Below are positions 58,412 to 58,589 of a stretch of 58,589 nt of DNA, piece by piece. The stretch is from Holophagales bacterium UBA5704. Lineage in GTDB: Bacteria > Acidobacteriota > Thermoanaerobaculia > Multivoradales > UBA5704. Made by a program: the position numbers and the translations under genes. The notes under the pieces are model-generated. The model did no database searches and had not been told where the DNA came from. It saw only the letters and a program-made list of their open reading frames with translations. The DNA is taken from the NCBI GenBank assembly GCA_002420005.1, contig DIHE01000067.1, positions 4,229 to 62,817 on the forward strand, given 5' to 3'. Position 1 is the first letter of the stretch; every line of letters starts with the position of its first letter.

Positions 58412-58589
58412 AGGGCTTGAGCCTCCTCTCGCAGTGGTCAGTCTAACAGACGCGCTTCCCCTCGGCACCGAACCTGGACTGAGGCGCCCCTCAAACAACT
58501 GCCCGAAGTAGGTGGCAGAACGGGGCCGGCGACTTCTTGAGCTTCCGCGGTCGGGTCTCCGGGTTTTGCGCCCGCACGCCGTCCGCTCC

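Overview
GC-rich bacterial window; the gene content suggests Acidobacteriota (Thermoanaerobaculia-like), which is an inference. The left flank holds an NRPS 5' part (partial C domain plus A domain), a stand-alone thioesterase and an aldo/keto reductase. Most of the window (~4446-55796, ~51 kb) is an apparently complete integrative conjugative element or integrated plasmid. It carries a tyrosine integrase and Xis-like gene, a RepA_C initiator with an iteron/DnaA-box oriV, oriT-mobC-relaxase/primase with an overprinted MobB-like gene, a TraF/TraG/Trb T4SS, ParAB, adhesin-like proteins and ArdC/SSB establishment genes. It is bounded by a CTGAAGG direct repeat, and joining the flanks rebuilds a REP-like palindromic element, so the target is a hairpin rather than a tRNA. 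The most notable cargo is two XRE-HTH+TPR regulators flanking a secreted pro-peptide with three GCxxDPHGGCG cores, a candidate RRNPP/arbitrium-like peptide communication system in a likely diderm host. Next to it lie an array of HTH-less TPR paralogues and two BlaI/MecI-family repressors, with matching TACA-NN-TGTA-type boxes at repA, oriV, oriT and the trb promoter. The right flank has a lower-GC beta-pore-forming-toxin-like gene, a ~150 bp direct repeat and a frameshifted PIN toxin with its partner. All family assignments come from motif recognition by eye, not database searches.
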